Assembly (NCBI GenBank): GCA_018302135.1
Contig: JAGWAE010000006.1
Location: 1-44,743, forward strand
Direction of reading: 5' to 3'
DNA from: Candidatus Woesearchaeota archaeon
GTDB taxonomy: Archaea > Nanobdellota > Nanobdellia > SCGC-AAA011-G17 > PNOQ01
Length of the DNA stretch: 44,743 nt
The notes below the pieces were generated by a model. It saw only the letters and a list, made by a program, of their open reading frames with translations. It had not been told where the DNA came from and did no database searches. The position numbers and the translations under genes were made by a program. This document shows, one piece after another, positions 17,345 through 25,907 of the stretch. How positions within the stretch are numbered: position 1 is the stretch's first letter; each line of letters starts with the position of its first letter.

Positions 17345-19636
17345 ATGGCAATTTCTCAAAAAAAGTTGAATCCTGGAGAGTATGAAATAATTCAAGAAGG
17401 GGAAGACCATATTATGAGAATAAATTTTTTTGGTTTGGACTATCCTCCTTCTTTAGAAGATAACAATATTTGTATGGCTAGTGTTATTAATGATTTAATT
17501 GAAAGCCCAAATGTTAGCAGAATAATTTTTTCTTCAGATAGAAATTATCAGTACAACAATGAACAGACTCAAATGTTAAGGGAATTTGGAAATATTTATG
17601 TTTATTTGACCAAACAGAGAAAAATTTTAAGTTTGAACTCTTTGGGTTTTGATCCTAATTATCCTACTTTAATATCAGACAAAATTGCAAATATACAATA
17701 TATAGTCACCAATTTATTAAAATCTGATCCTGTTGGTGCTTATGTTGATGTGAAACGACAGATAAGGGAACAAAAAATAAAATTGAATAAACCTATGTCT
17801 GTAAATGAGTTAAGACAAGAAAATTTGTATCTTAATGTTTTGGAAGAATTATTTGGTTTATTAGATAAAACAAAATTAATTGAATTATTAAAAAATGATT
17901 TAGATGGTCACCAAATTGGGAATAGAAGAATTTATTCTAATTTTTTCAGACCCGCTATAACTCCTAATTTTGTACATACGAGATTAATGGCTGAACCTCC
18001 AATGGATTCAGATGAAATTGATAGTTATATTGTTGATGAAAACATTAACATTATGATTTTTAATATACCTGAAGATATAAAAAGTAGATATCATGTTATT
18101 CCTCCAGAATTTAATTTAAGTGAAGATAAACTTGAATTATTAGACCTAGCAAGATCTGTTTTATCTGAGCATGAACCGGTTGCAGAAGAATTTACAAATC
18201 CAGAAAGAATGAGAGAAACTTTTTTTAATATAGGGAAAGATTTAATTAGTGAGCTAGCTGATCAGAAAAATATTAGAATTAGTTTTGAAGAAATTGAAAT
18301 TTTAGCAGGTATATTAGTTAGATATACTGTTGGTTTTGGTTTGCTGGAAGTTCTATTAAAAGATGAGAAAATACAAGATTTGGTTATTAATGGTCCAATT
18401 GGTGAATCTCCTATCTACATAGTTCATCAAGATTACGGTGAATGTAGCACAAATATTATACCTAGTAGAGAAGATGGTGAAAGTTGGGCAACAAAGTTTA
18501 GAATGATTTCTGGAAGACCTTTGGATGAGGCTAATCCTGTTTTAGATACAGAACTTTTAATTCCTGGTGCGAGAGCGAGAGTTGCAATAATAACAAATCC
18601 TTTGAATCCTTATGGGCTCGGTTATGCATTGAGAAGGCATAGGGATAATCCTTGGACATTGCCTTTATTTATGAATAATAAAATGATAAACTCTTTAGGA
18701 GCGGCTTTATTGAGTTTTATAATTGATGGATCTAGAACTTTATTAATTGCTGGTACGAGAAGTAGTGGTAAAACTTCCTTACTTGGTTCTTTGATGGTTG
18801 AAATAATGAGAAAATATAGAGTTATTACGGTTGAAGATACGTTAGAATTACCAGTTAGACAATTAAGAAGATTGGGATATAATATTCAGCCCATGAAAGT
18901 TAGATCCTCTTTATCTGAAGGTGGTGCCGAGCTTGCCGCAGAAGAAGGAATTAGGGCTAGCTTAAGAATGGGAGATAGTAGTTTAATTGTTGGAGAGGTT
19001 AGAAGTAGAGAAGCATTAGCATTATATGAAGCTATGAGAATTGGTGCATTGGCCAATGTGGTCGCTGGAACAATACATGGTGGAAGTCCTTATTCTGTTT
19101 TTGATAGAGTTGTAAATGATTTGGGTGTGCCAAGAACTAGTTTTAAAGCTACAGACATAATTGTAGTTGTTAATCCAATAAAAACTCCAGATGGTTTAAA
19201 AAAAGTTAGAAGGGTATTGAGTATTACAGAAGTTAGAAAAGAATGGGAAAATGATCCTTTAAGAGAAGGAGGTTTTGTCGATTTAATGCTTTATAATCCT
19301 GAAACTGATCAATTAGAACCTACTGATAATTTGATGAATGGTGATTCTGAAATAATAAAACAAATAGCCGCAAATGTTAAAGAATGGGCAGGAAATTGGG
19401 ATGCGGTTTGGGAAAATATATTATTGAGGAAAGAATTAAAAGAAGAACTTCTAACGATGTATAATGAAACTAAAAATAAAGATATTTTAGAAGCACAGTT
19501 TGTGGTTATGGCCAATGATGCTTTCCATAAAATATCTGATGAAGTTTTAACTAAATATGGTATGTTAGATAATAAAAAAATATCTTTTAGATGGAAGGAA
19601 TGGTTGAAAAAAGAAATGAAAAAGAGGAATATATAG
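17345..19636 (+). CDS. Type II/IV secretion-family ATPase (FlaI/PilB/VirB11-like) with long N-terminal extension
   Basis: Walker A GTRSSGKTS begins at residue 470. Also present are the Asp box ITVEDTLEL, Walker B SLIVGEVRSREA and the His box AGTIHG. A Shine-Dalgarno-like GGTGAT precedes the ATG. 763 aa. Confidence 0.85.
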   Translation: MAISQKKLNPGEYEIIQEGEDHIMRINFFGLDYPPSLEDNNICMASVINDLIESPNVSRIIFSSDRNYQYNNEQTQMLREFGNIYVYLTKQRKILSLNSLGFDPNYPTLISDKIANIQYIVTNLLKSDPVGAYVDVKRQIREQKIKLNKPMSVNELRQENLYLNVLEELFGLLDKTKLIELLKNDLDGHQIGNRRIYSNFFRPAITPNFVHTRLMAEPPMDSDEIDSYIVDENINIMIFNIPEDIKSRYHVIPPEFNLSEDKLELLDLARSVLSEHEPVAEEFTNPERMRETFFNIGKDLISELADQKNIRISFEEIEILAGILVRYTVGFGLLEVLLKDEKIQDLVINGPIGESPIYIVHQDYGECSTNIIPSREDGESWATKFRMISGRPLDEANPVLDTELLIPGARARVAIITNPLNPYGLGYALRRHRDNPWTLPLFMNNKMINSLGAALLSFIIDGSRTLLIAGTRSSGKTSLLGSLMVEIMRKYRVITVEDTLELPVRQLRRLGYNIQPMKVRSSLSEGGAELAAEEGIRASLRMGDSSLIVGEVRSREALALYEAMRIGALANVVAGTIHGGSPYSVFDRVVNDLGVPRTSFKATDIIVVVNPIKTPDGLKKVRRVLSITEVRKEWENDPLREGGFVDLMLYNPETDQLEPTDNLMNGDSEIIKQIAANVKEWAGNWDAVWENILLRKELKEELLTMYNETKNKDILEAQFVVMANDAFHKISDEVLTKYGMLDNKKISFRWKEWLKKEMKKRNI

Positions 19637-21787
19637 ATGCCTATTTCAAATAAAGAGATAAGTGAAATATTAGATAAATATAAAAAAAAGTTGGATAAGA
19701 ATTTGACTGCGAAGGATATGCAAGAATATAGGCCTAGCTCAAATTTTTCTAGAGAATACTCTAAGTTTAGAGATGAAGCATTAGGTAAGAATCTTTCACT
19801 TTATGAAAAACTTTGTAAATTCTCCGATAGTGTTGTTAAAATAAGCCCTTCTAAAAAAGATTTTGATAAAATCCAAGAAGCAATAAGTGTTGCCCATTTG
19901 AATATAACTCCAAATATGGCTGCAAGTTTTTCTTTGCTCGTCGTAACATTTTTATCTTTAATAGGATTGGTTGTAGGGTTAGTTTCTTATTTCTTATTTG
20001 GTAATCTTGGTGTTCTTGCTATAGGCTTATTATTAATACTTGTTTCTGTATTAATTTTAAATCCATTAACAAGATTGCCCGTGTCTATTTCAAATAGATG
20101 GAGAATGTCTGCATCTAATCAAATGGTTTTATGTATTTTATATATAGTAATTTATATGAGACATACATCTAATTTAGAAAATGCAATAAAGTTTAGTGCA
20201 GATCATATAGATAATCCTCTTTCTTTAGATTTAAGAAAAGTTTTTTGGGATGTTGAAACAGGAAAATATTCTACTGTAAAAGAATCTTTGGATAATTATT
20301 TGGTTAGATGGAGAAAAACTAATTTAGAATTTGTAAATTCTTTTCAATTGATTCAAAGTAGTTTATATGAACCAAGCGAAAACAGAAGAATAGAACTTCT
20401 TGATAAATCTTTAAATGTAATTTTAGATGGAACTTATGAAAATATGTTGCATTATGCACATAACTTGAAGAATCCAATAACTATGCTACATATGTTAGGA
20501 GTTATTTTACCTATTTTAGGATTGGTTATATTCCCTTTAATCGGTGCATTTATGAGTGGATCTATTAAATGGTATCATCTATTTATTTTGTATAATATTT
20601 TGTTGCCTTTGATAGTTTACAATGTTGGAATAAATATATTGAATAAAAGACCTGGTAGTTATGGTGAGATAAATATTCCACTTATGCCTAAGAAAGGAGT
20701 AGCTATTATGTCTATAATTGTTGTTTTAATATTTACTATAATTGGTTTTAGTCCTTTTATAATTCATGCTGCGGATTCAACTTTCGATTTTAGTTTTTGG
20801 CAGGCCGAGGATGGGACTGGTGGCGAGAAATTTTTAGATTTTTATTGTAATGAAGGCAAATGTGTTGGTCCATTTGGATTGGGAGCTTTATTGATAAGTT
20901 TACTAATTCCTTTAGGTTTAGCTTTAGGAATTGGTTGGTATTATGTGAGTAAAACTAGTTTAGCTATGAAAATAAGAAATGAAACTAAAAGATTAGAAAA
21001 AGAATTTTCAACTGCATTATTTCAATTGGGAACTAGAATTGGAGACGGAATACCTGCCGAACTAGCTTTTAAAGATGTTGCAAAAACAATGTCAGGAACT
21101 CCTTCTGGAAAGTTTTTTGAAAAAGTTCATATGAATCTAACTAAAAATGGTTTGAGTTTGAGAGATGCAATTTTTGATCCTGATTTGGGAGCTATTCTGG
21201 AATTTCCAAGTCCTTTAGTTCAAAGTTCTATGGAAGTTTTAATTGAAAGTTCAAGGAAAGGCCCTTTAGTTGTTTCTCAATCATTAACAAGCATTTCTAT
21301 TTATGTGAATAATGTTCATAGTGTAAATGAAAGATTAAAAGATTTATTATCTGAAATAATTTCAAGTATGCAAAGTCAAATAAGTTTTATGGCTCCAGTT
21401 ATATCTGGGATTGTTGTTGGTATTGCTAGCATGGTTGTTGGTGTAATTTCTAAATTAACTGTTATGCTTGAACAAGTCGGTAGCGATCAAACATTAGCTA
21501 CTGGTACAAATTTGGCCAGCCTTGCAAATCTATTTGATAAATCAAGTACTGTTCCTGGATATTTTTTCCAAGTTGTTGTTGGAATCTATGTTGTTCAGAT
21601 AATTTACATATTAAGTATACTAGCAAGTGCAATTGAATATGGGCCTGATAAATTAAATGAAAAATATAGTGCAGGAAAGAATGTTTTAAAAGGAACATTG
21701 ATATATTTAATTGTGTCATTGATAGTAATATTACTATTTAATAAAATTGCATCATCTGTTTTAGCTACAAGTATGGGTGCTGTTTGA
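19637..21787 (+). CDS. Pilus/archaellum-type assembly platform membrane protein (FlaJ/TadC/PilC, T2SSF-like)
   Basis: Starts 1 nt after the ATPase stop. Polytopic, 716 aa, with two cytoplasmic T2SSF-like helical segments (LSLDLRKVFWDVETGKYSTVKESL and EKEFSTALFQLGTRIGDGIPAELAFKDVA), each followed by TM clusters. Confidence 0.7.
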   Translation: MPISNKEISEILDKYKKKLDKNLTAKDMQEYRPSSNFSREYSKFRDEALGKNLSLYEKLCKFSDSVVKISPSKKDFDKIQEAISVAHLNITPNMAASFSLLVVTFLSLIGLVVGLVSYFLFGNLGVLAIGLLLILVSVLILNPLTRLPVSISNRWRMSASNQMVLCILYIVIYMRHTSNLENAIKFSADHIDNPLSLDLRKVFWDVETGKYSTVKESLDNYLVRWRKTNLEFVNSFQLIQSSLYEPSENRRIELLDKSLNVILDGTYENMLHYAHNLKNPITMLHMLGVILPILGLVIFPLIGAFMSGSIKWYHLFILYNILLPLIVYNVGINILNKRPGSYGEINIPLMPKKGVAIMSIIVVLIFTIIGFSPFIIHAADSTFDFSFWQAEDGTGGEKFLDFYCNEGKCVGPFGLGALLISLLIPLGLALGIGWYYVSKTSLAMKIRNETKRLEKEFSTALFQLGTRIGDGIPAELAFKDVAKTMSGTPSGKFFEKVHMNLTKNGLSLRDAIFDPDLGAILEFPSPLVQSSMEVLIESSRKGPLVVSQSLTSISIYVNNVHSVNERLKDLLSEIISSMQSQISFMAPVISGIVVGIASMVVGVISKLTVMLEQVGSDQTLATGTNLASLANLFDKSSTVPGYFFQVVVGIYVVQIIYILSILASAIEYGPDKLNEKYSAGKNVLKGTLIYLIVSLIVILLFNKIASSVLATSMGAV

Positions 21788-21792
21788 AAAAG

Positions 21793-21800
21793 TTTATAAA
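21793..21800 (+). promoter_or_regulatory. Internal TATA box in front of the pilin-gene train
   Basis: TTTATAAA ends 21 nt before the ATG at 21822, matching the leaderless spacing seen elsewhere. Confidence 0.45.
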
Positions 21801-21821
21801 AAATAAAAGAGTGAAAAGAAT

Positions 21822-21941
21822 ATGAACAAAAAAGGAGAGATTAAAGAATATTTAGAAACTATATTTATTATTCTTTTTATTATACTTGCTTTGTATTTAT
21901 TATATTCATTTGTTTCTGGGAGAGTTGTAAAAATTGTTTAA
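21822..21941 (+). CDS. Mini pilin-like protein (39 aa; class III leader plus one hydrophobic helix)
   Basis: Reads MNKKGEIKEYLETIFIILFIILALYLLYSFVSGRVVKIV. Not in the ORF track because it is under 60 aa. It has the same MNKKG leader as the downstream genes and overlaps the next gene by 8 nt. Confidence 0.5.
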   Translation: MNKKGEIKEYLETIFIILFIILALYLLYSFVSGRVVKIV

Positions 21942-22737
21942 TGGAAAAAAAGGTTTGGAATCTAGCGTTATGGTTGCAATTGTTATAATTTTGTCTGCCA
22001 TAATATTACTCATAGGAACTAAATCCATTGCTGATACTGGAGAGGATGCTGTAGATAGAGAATCTTGTAAAGCTAGCGTTTTGTTTAAGGAACGAAGTAA
22101 ACTTCTTGGAAAACCTTTAATTGATGATGTAAGTTGTGAAACTAATTTAATTGATATTAACTCTAAAGATGAAATTGAAATAAAGAAAACTATTGCTAAT
22201 GAAATGTATGATTGTTGGTATCAATTTGGTCAGGGTGAGAGAGACTTCTTGGATACATGGGATTTTGGTAAAGGGGATAATTATTGCTTTGTTTGTTCTA
22301 GGATTGATTTTAGTGAGGAAACTCAGAAAGAAATTAGTCAGGTAACTGGATTGTTTGATTATTTGAGTAATGAACCTTTGCCTTTACATAACCAAGAGAG
22401 CTTTTTTGTTAATATGTACGGAGAAGATGCTAATCAACTTGATTCTCAAAGTATTTTGGATGTTTATTCTACTGATAAACCTCTTTATATTGTCTTTTTT
22501 GCAGATAAGAGAACAGTTAATGATCTTGGTAGTTCTTGGGTAACCGCTGGAGCGAGTGGATTATGTGCAGCAGGAATTGTTCTTAGCCCTATAACTTTTG
22601 GTACTTCTGCTGCTGTTGGATGTTTGACTGCTGGAATTGTTACTGGAACGGTTTACACTACTACTCATAAAAATACATTTGTCAATGGTTTATATGTTGG
22701 ACAAGACAGTCAAATAATGGAGATATGTCAACAATGA
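21934..22737 (+). CDS. Class III signal peptide (pilin-like) protein, 267 aa, Cys-rich, with C-terminal Gly/Ala-rich hydrophobic segment
   Basis: The N-terminus reads (TTG)FNGKKGLESSVMVAIVIILSAIILLIG. A stop lies 2 codons upstream, which forces a TTG start. The body contains multiple Cys, and the C-terminus reads AGASGLCAAGIVLSPITFGTSAAVGCLTAGIVTG. Confidence 0.65.
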   Translation: MFNGKKGLESSVMVAIVIILSAIILLIGTKSIADTGEDAVDRESCKASVLFKERSKLLGKPLIDDVSCETNLIDINSKDEIEIKKTIANEMYDCWYQFGQGERDFLDTWDFGKGDNYCFVCSRIDFSEETQKEISQVTGLFDYLSNEPLPLHNQESFFVNMYGEDANQLDSQSILDVYSTDKPLYIVFFADKRTVNDLGSSWVTAGASGLCAAGIVLSPITFGTSAAVGCLTAGIVTGTVYTTTHKNTFVNGLYVGQDSQIMEICQQ

Positions 22738-22886
22738 AAAAAGGAGAATTGGCTTGGGATAAATTAGGAAAATGGATTTTACTTTTAATCTTCTTAATTT
22801 TAATTTTAATAGTTGTCTTTAAACAAAAAGATCAAATAATGAATGCTATTAAAAGTTTGGGAATTGCTTTGAGGTTTGGCGGATGA
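22734..22886 (+). CDS. Mini pilin-like protein (50 aa)
   Basis: Reads MKKGELAWDKLGKWILLLIFLILILIVVFKQKDQIMNAIKSLGIALRFGG. Not in the ORF track. It has ATGA overlaps with both neighbouring genes. Confidence 0.5.
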   Translation: MKKGELAWDKLGKWILLLIFLILILIVVFKQKDQIMNAIKSLGIALRFGG

Positions 22887-23485
22887 AAAAAGGAAATTTA
22901 ACTGGAACACAAATAATTGTTGCAACTATTACTATTATTATTGTCTTTGTTATTTCTGGATTTGGTTCTGAAGCTTTTGCTAAAATTGGGGATAGTTTGG
23001 GGTTCGGTGTAGATTTAACTCCAGAAGAATTAGTAGCTCAAGAACAAGCTAAATCTCAAGTTGAAGATAATTTAATCAGAGTTATTTATAGTTGTCAAGA
23101 TAAAATGAAAATTGGTTGTTTTTGTACTAATAATTCATTAAAATTGCCAAATGATTATGTTTTAAACTTTGAAGTAAAAGATGGAACAAAGTTTAGTTTA
23201 TTTAATAATAAAGGTGGAAAAGTAGAAGATTACAATTTAAACAATGTACAATTATGTATCCCAGATGAAAGTTGGAATTTGATTAATTTAAATGTACAAG
23301 CTAAAGATGCTGGCGCGAGTTTGCTTTTTGGAAGTACAAATTATTTAGTTTACAAGAGTTTAGATGGAAAAGATGTAAAAAAAGCAATTGATCCGGCTTA
23401 TTTTATTTTTAAACCTAGTTCAGGAACTATTTGTATATTAGATGAAAATAGTGCTAAAGTAAGAGAAAAAGATATTTGTAGTTAA
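22883..23485 (+). CDS. Class III signal peptide (pilin-like) protein, 200 aa
   Basis: The N-terminus MKKGNLTGTQIIVATITIIIVFVISG is followed by a soluble Cys-containing domain. Confidence 0.7.
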   Translation: MKKGNLTGTQIIVATITIIIVFVISGFGSEAFAKIGDSLGFGVDLTPEELVAQEQAKSQVEDNLIRVIYSCQDKMKIGCFCTNNSLKLPNDYVLNFEVKDGTKFSLFNNKGGKVEDYNLNNVQLCIPDESWNLINLNVQAKDAGASLLFGSTNYLVYKSLDGKDVKKAIDPAYFIFKPSSGTICILDENSAKVREKDICS

Positions 23486-23533
23486 CCAAAAAATTTAAAT
23501 AAACATTTTTATAGGAAAAATGGAGGTGATTGA

Positions 23534-23878
23534 ATGATAAACTCAAAAAAAGGTCAAAGTCTTTCTGTTAATACTATAATTATTATGATTTTAGCAATAT
23601 TTGTTTTAATAATCTTAGTTGTTGCTTTTACCGGGGGAACTGGCGATTTTATGAATAATATTGCTCAATTGTGGAGTGGTTCAGGAATAGACTCTCAGAA
23701 GGCTGCTGTAACTTGTAATGGAATGTGTAATACTTATAATACTGCGCAGTCTGCAAAGGTGAAAACTGATTTTTGTACCAAAGTCTTTAAAATAGATTAT
23801 GATGGTGATAAAAAAGTTGATGAAGAGTTAACCTGTCCTGAAATGTCATCAGTTTCTTGCCCAACAATACAATGTTAA
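23534..23878 (+). CDS. Pilin-like protein, 114 aa (candidate structural pilin), Cys-rich head
   Basis: Shine-Dalgarno GGAGGTGA lies upstream. The leader MINSKKG is followed by QSLSVNTIIIMILAIFVLIILVVAF. The C-terminal 55 aa contain 7 Cys. Confidence 0.75.
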   Translation: MINSKKGQSLSVNTIIIMILAIFVLIILVVAFTGGTGDFMNNIAQLWSGSGIDSQKAAVTCNGMCNTYNTAQSAKVKTDFCTKVFKIDYDGDKKVDEELTCPEMSSVSCPTIQC

Positions 23879-24081
23879 ACTCTTTTTTTTCTTATTTTAA
23901 AAATAAGAAAGGCCAAGGATTGTCTGTTGAAACCATAATTGTTTTAGTTCTTTTATTAATTGTTCTTGTTGTAGTGGTTTTAATATTTACAGGTCAATCT
24001 AAAATGATTTTCGATAATGTTAGAGAATTTTTTGGTTTGATTAATGAAACTCCTAAGAATTTAACTGGTACGATAAAATGA
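23872..24081 (+). CDS. Short pilin-like protein, 69 aa (candidate structural pilin)
   Basis: The leader ...FKNKKG is followed by QGLSVETIIVLVLLLIVLVVVVLIF, close to the mature N-terminus of the previous gene. The probable start is the ATG at 23872, which overlaps the previous stop. Confidence 0.7.
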   Translation: MLNSFFSYFKNKKGQGLSVETIIVLVLLLIVLVVVVLIFTGQSKMIFDNVREFFGLINETPKNLTGTIK

Positions 24082-24578
24082 ATAAGAAAGCAGTATTGGG
24101 AATGAATTTGAAGACTATAATAGGTCTGATTATGGGTGTCATAATGTTATTGTTTGTTTTTAATGTGGGAGATAGTATTATTGGTATATTGTTTCCAGAT
24201 ATTTCAGAATTAACAGAAAAATCTTTAGAAGGATTAGATAATTTAATACAAACAACAAGTTCTGGTCAAAAGGAAGATTATTTGTTTTTTATGTCAAATG
24301 GATTTCAGTTAGTTGCCTTCGATAAAGGTACAAATGAAAAATCTGGAGATTATGAAAGGCCTGCATCATGTTTTCAGAAATCTTGTTTAGTCGTTTGTAA
24401 AAAAAGTAGTAAACCTAATGCATGTGAAAACTCTGATTTAATAAAAACATATGATTTTGATAAAATAATTCCTACAAGTGTTGAAAGTGGAATTATAACT
24501 ATGGTTCAAAAAGAATATGTTAATCTCGAAGTTGAAGTGGGTAATAATTCTATTAAGATAACAGAGAAGGATAAATGA
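24078..24578 (+). CDS. Pilin-like / pilus-locus membrane-anchored protein, 166 aa
   Basis: The N-terminus is MNKKAVLGMNLKTIIGLIMGVIMLLFVF, i.e. an MNKK leader with a displaced Gly. The body is Cys-containing (CFQKSCLVVCKK..NAC). ATGA overlap with the previous gene. Confidence 0.6.
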   Translation: MNKKAVLGMNLKTIIGLIMGVIMLLFVFNVGDSIIGILFPDISELTEKSLEGLDNLIQTTSSGQKEDYLFFMSNGFQLVAFDKGTNEKSGDYERPASCFQKSCLVVCKKSSKPNACENSDLIKTYDFDKIIPTSVESGIITMVQKEYVNLEVEVGNNSIKITEKDK

Positions 24579-24606
24579 TTTAAATAGTAAATGATTAAAA
24601 TGAACA

Positions 24607-25017
24607 ATGGCTGCAGTAGAAGAGAGAACTTATTTTTGGACGGGTTATCTTGTAATAGCAATTGTTGTTTTTATACCTTTGTTAATGTTTATGAATAAAT
24701 CTGCAGATGCAGATTCTTTTAAAGAAAAAATTATTTCTAATGAATTAGCTTTAATATCTGATTTTGTTATGGGTAGCAATGGTGAAATATTAGTTGAATA
24801 TAATATTAATCAAGAAAAATCTTATAAAATTGGTTTTAATGAAAAATGTTTATTTGTTGTTTCTTTAACTGGTACTAGTTTGGAAAGTGGAAGTAAAACT
24901 TATTGTGCTGATAATTTATTATTGAATAAAAGATATCTTGATGCTGGAGAATATGTAAGAATAATATTAGATAAAAAAGAAGATAGGTTAGTTATTACAG
25001 GTGGTATAAGTGAATAA
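24607..25017 (+). CDS. Pilus-locus membrane-anchored protein without KKG leader, 136 aa
   Basis: It has an N-terminal TM helix (YLVIAIVVFIPLLMF) but no K-K-G motif. It is embedded in the pilin train. Confidence 0.55.
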   Translation: MAAVEERTYFWTGYLVIAIVVFIPLLMFMNKSADADSFKEKIISNELALISDFVMGSNGEILVEYNINQEKSYKIGFNEKCLFVVSLTGTSLESGSKTYCADNLLLNKRYLDAGEYVRIILDKKEDRLVITGGISE

Positions 25018-25489
25018 AAAAGGTCAAGAATTTGAGCAGGAATTGTTGAAAATGATACCTTACTCTTTTATAGTAATATTAGTTGCATTAACTTATGTCT
25101 TTGCATTTTCTAATATATTAAATGTTAATGTTCAAAGAGCAGAAATTGATGAACATGTTGCAGTTTATAGATTGTTCAATAGTAAAAGTTGTTTAGGTTA
25201 TAGTAATGGTGTAATAAATTTAGATAAATTTTATAATGAAAATCTTGAAAAATGTTTTGATCTAACATCTCAACAAAGAACAGGAGTTGAATTAAAATTA
25301 TACAATCTAAATGGAACCGAGGTTAGAACTGCAGAAATAAATAGTTTATTAGTTTCTCAGAAAGTTACGTGTAAATTAAAAAGTTCTGATGTTGATTGTT
25401 ATTCAACAAGAAAATATGTTTTGTTTGAAGAAGATAATGAGATGAAACAAGGAATGATAGATATTTTGGTGGTGACTTATGCTGAATAA
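25010..25489 (+). CDS. Class III signal peptide (pilin-like) protein, 159 aa
   Basis: GTG start. The leader (M)NKKG is followed by QEFEQELLKMIPYSFIVILVALTYVFAF. Overlaps the previous gene by 8 nt. Confidence 0.6.
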   Translation: MNKKGQEFEQELLKMIPYSFIVILVALTYVFAFSNILNVNVQRAEIDEHVAVYRLFNSKSCLGYSNGVINLDKFYNENLEKCFDLTSQQRTGVELKLYNLNGTEVRTAEINSLLVSQKVTCKLKSSDVDCYSTRKYVLFEEDNEMKQGMIDILVVTYAE

Positions 25490-25907
25490 AAAAGGAGACG
25501 AAATAATAGCTAGTTTATTTAGTATGATATTTATTGTTATAATCTTAGCTCTTGTTGTTATATTTTCTATCTTAGGTGGAAAAGATAGCGAGTTAGAAAT
25601 TGGAGAGTTTTCTTATGGCAATGAAAATATTTTTGTTATTGAATCTTATTTGGAAACTAATTCTGATATTGTAAACTTGTATTTGATTGATGAAGAAAAG
25701 AAAGATGAACTAGAATTGCAAACTAAAAATATTTTTGATAAGGTTTATGGTAAATGTTATGGTTTTGAGATTTCTAATTTAAAAATTAATGAATTAACTA
25801 ATAAGAAAACCTGTGTTGATTATCCTATAGATAACAAATTATGTTTGGATATATCTGAATATGATAAAAAGATGGAAGATAATGAGGTTGCAAAATGCTT
25901 CGAATGA
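25479..25907 (+). CDS. Class III signal peptide (pilin-like) protein, 142 aa
   Basis: The leader MLNKKG is followed by DEIIASLFSMIFIVIILALVVIF. Overlaps the previous gene by 11 nt. Confidence 0.65.
   Translation: MLNKKGDEIIASLFSMIFIVIILALVVIFSILGGKDSELEIGEFSYGNENIFVIESYLETNSDIVNLYLIDEEKKDELELQTKNIFDKVYGKCYGFEISNLKINELTNKKTCVDYPIDNKLCLDISEYDKKMEDNEVAKCFE

Noticed and set aside
19309-21719. Minus-strand ORFs 19309..19515 and 21498..21719
   Set aside because: They are antisense to the ATPase and platform genes, with no signals.
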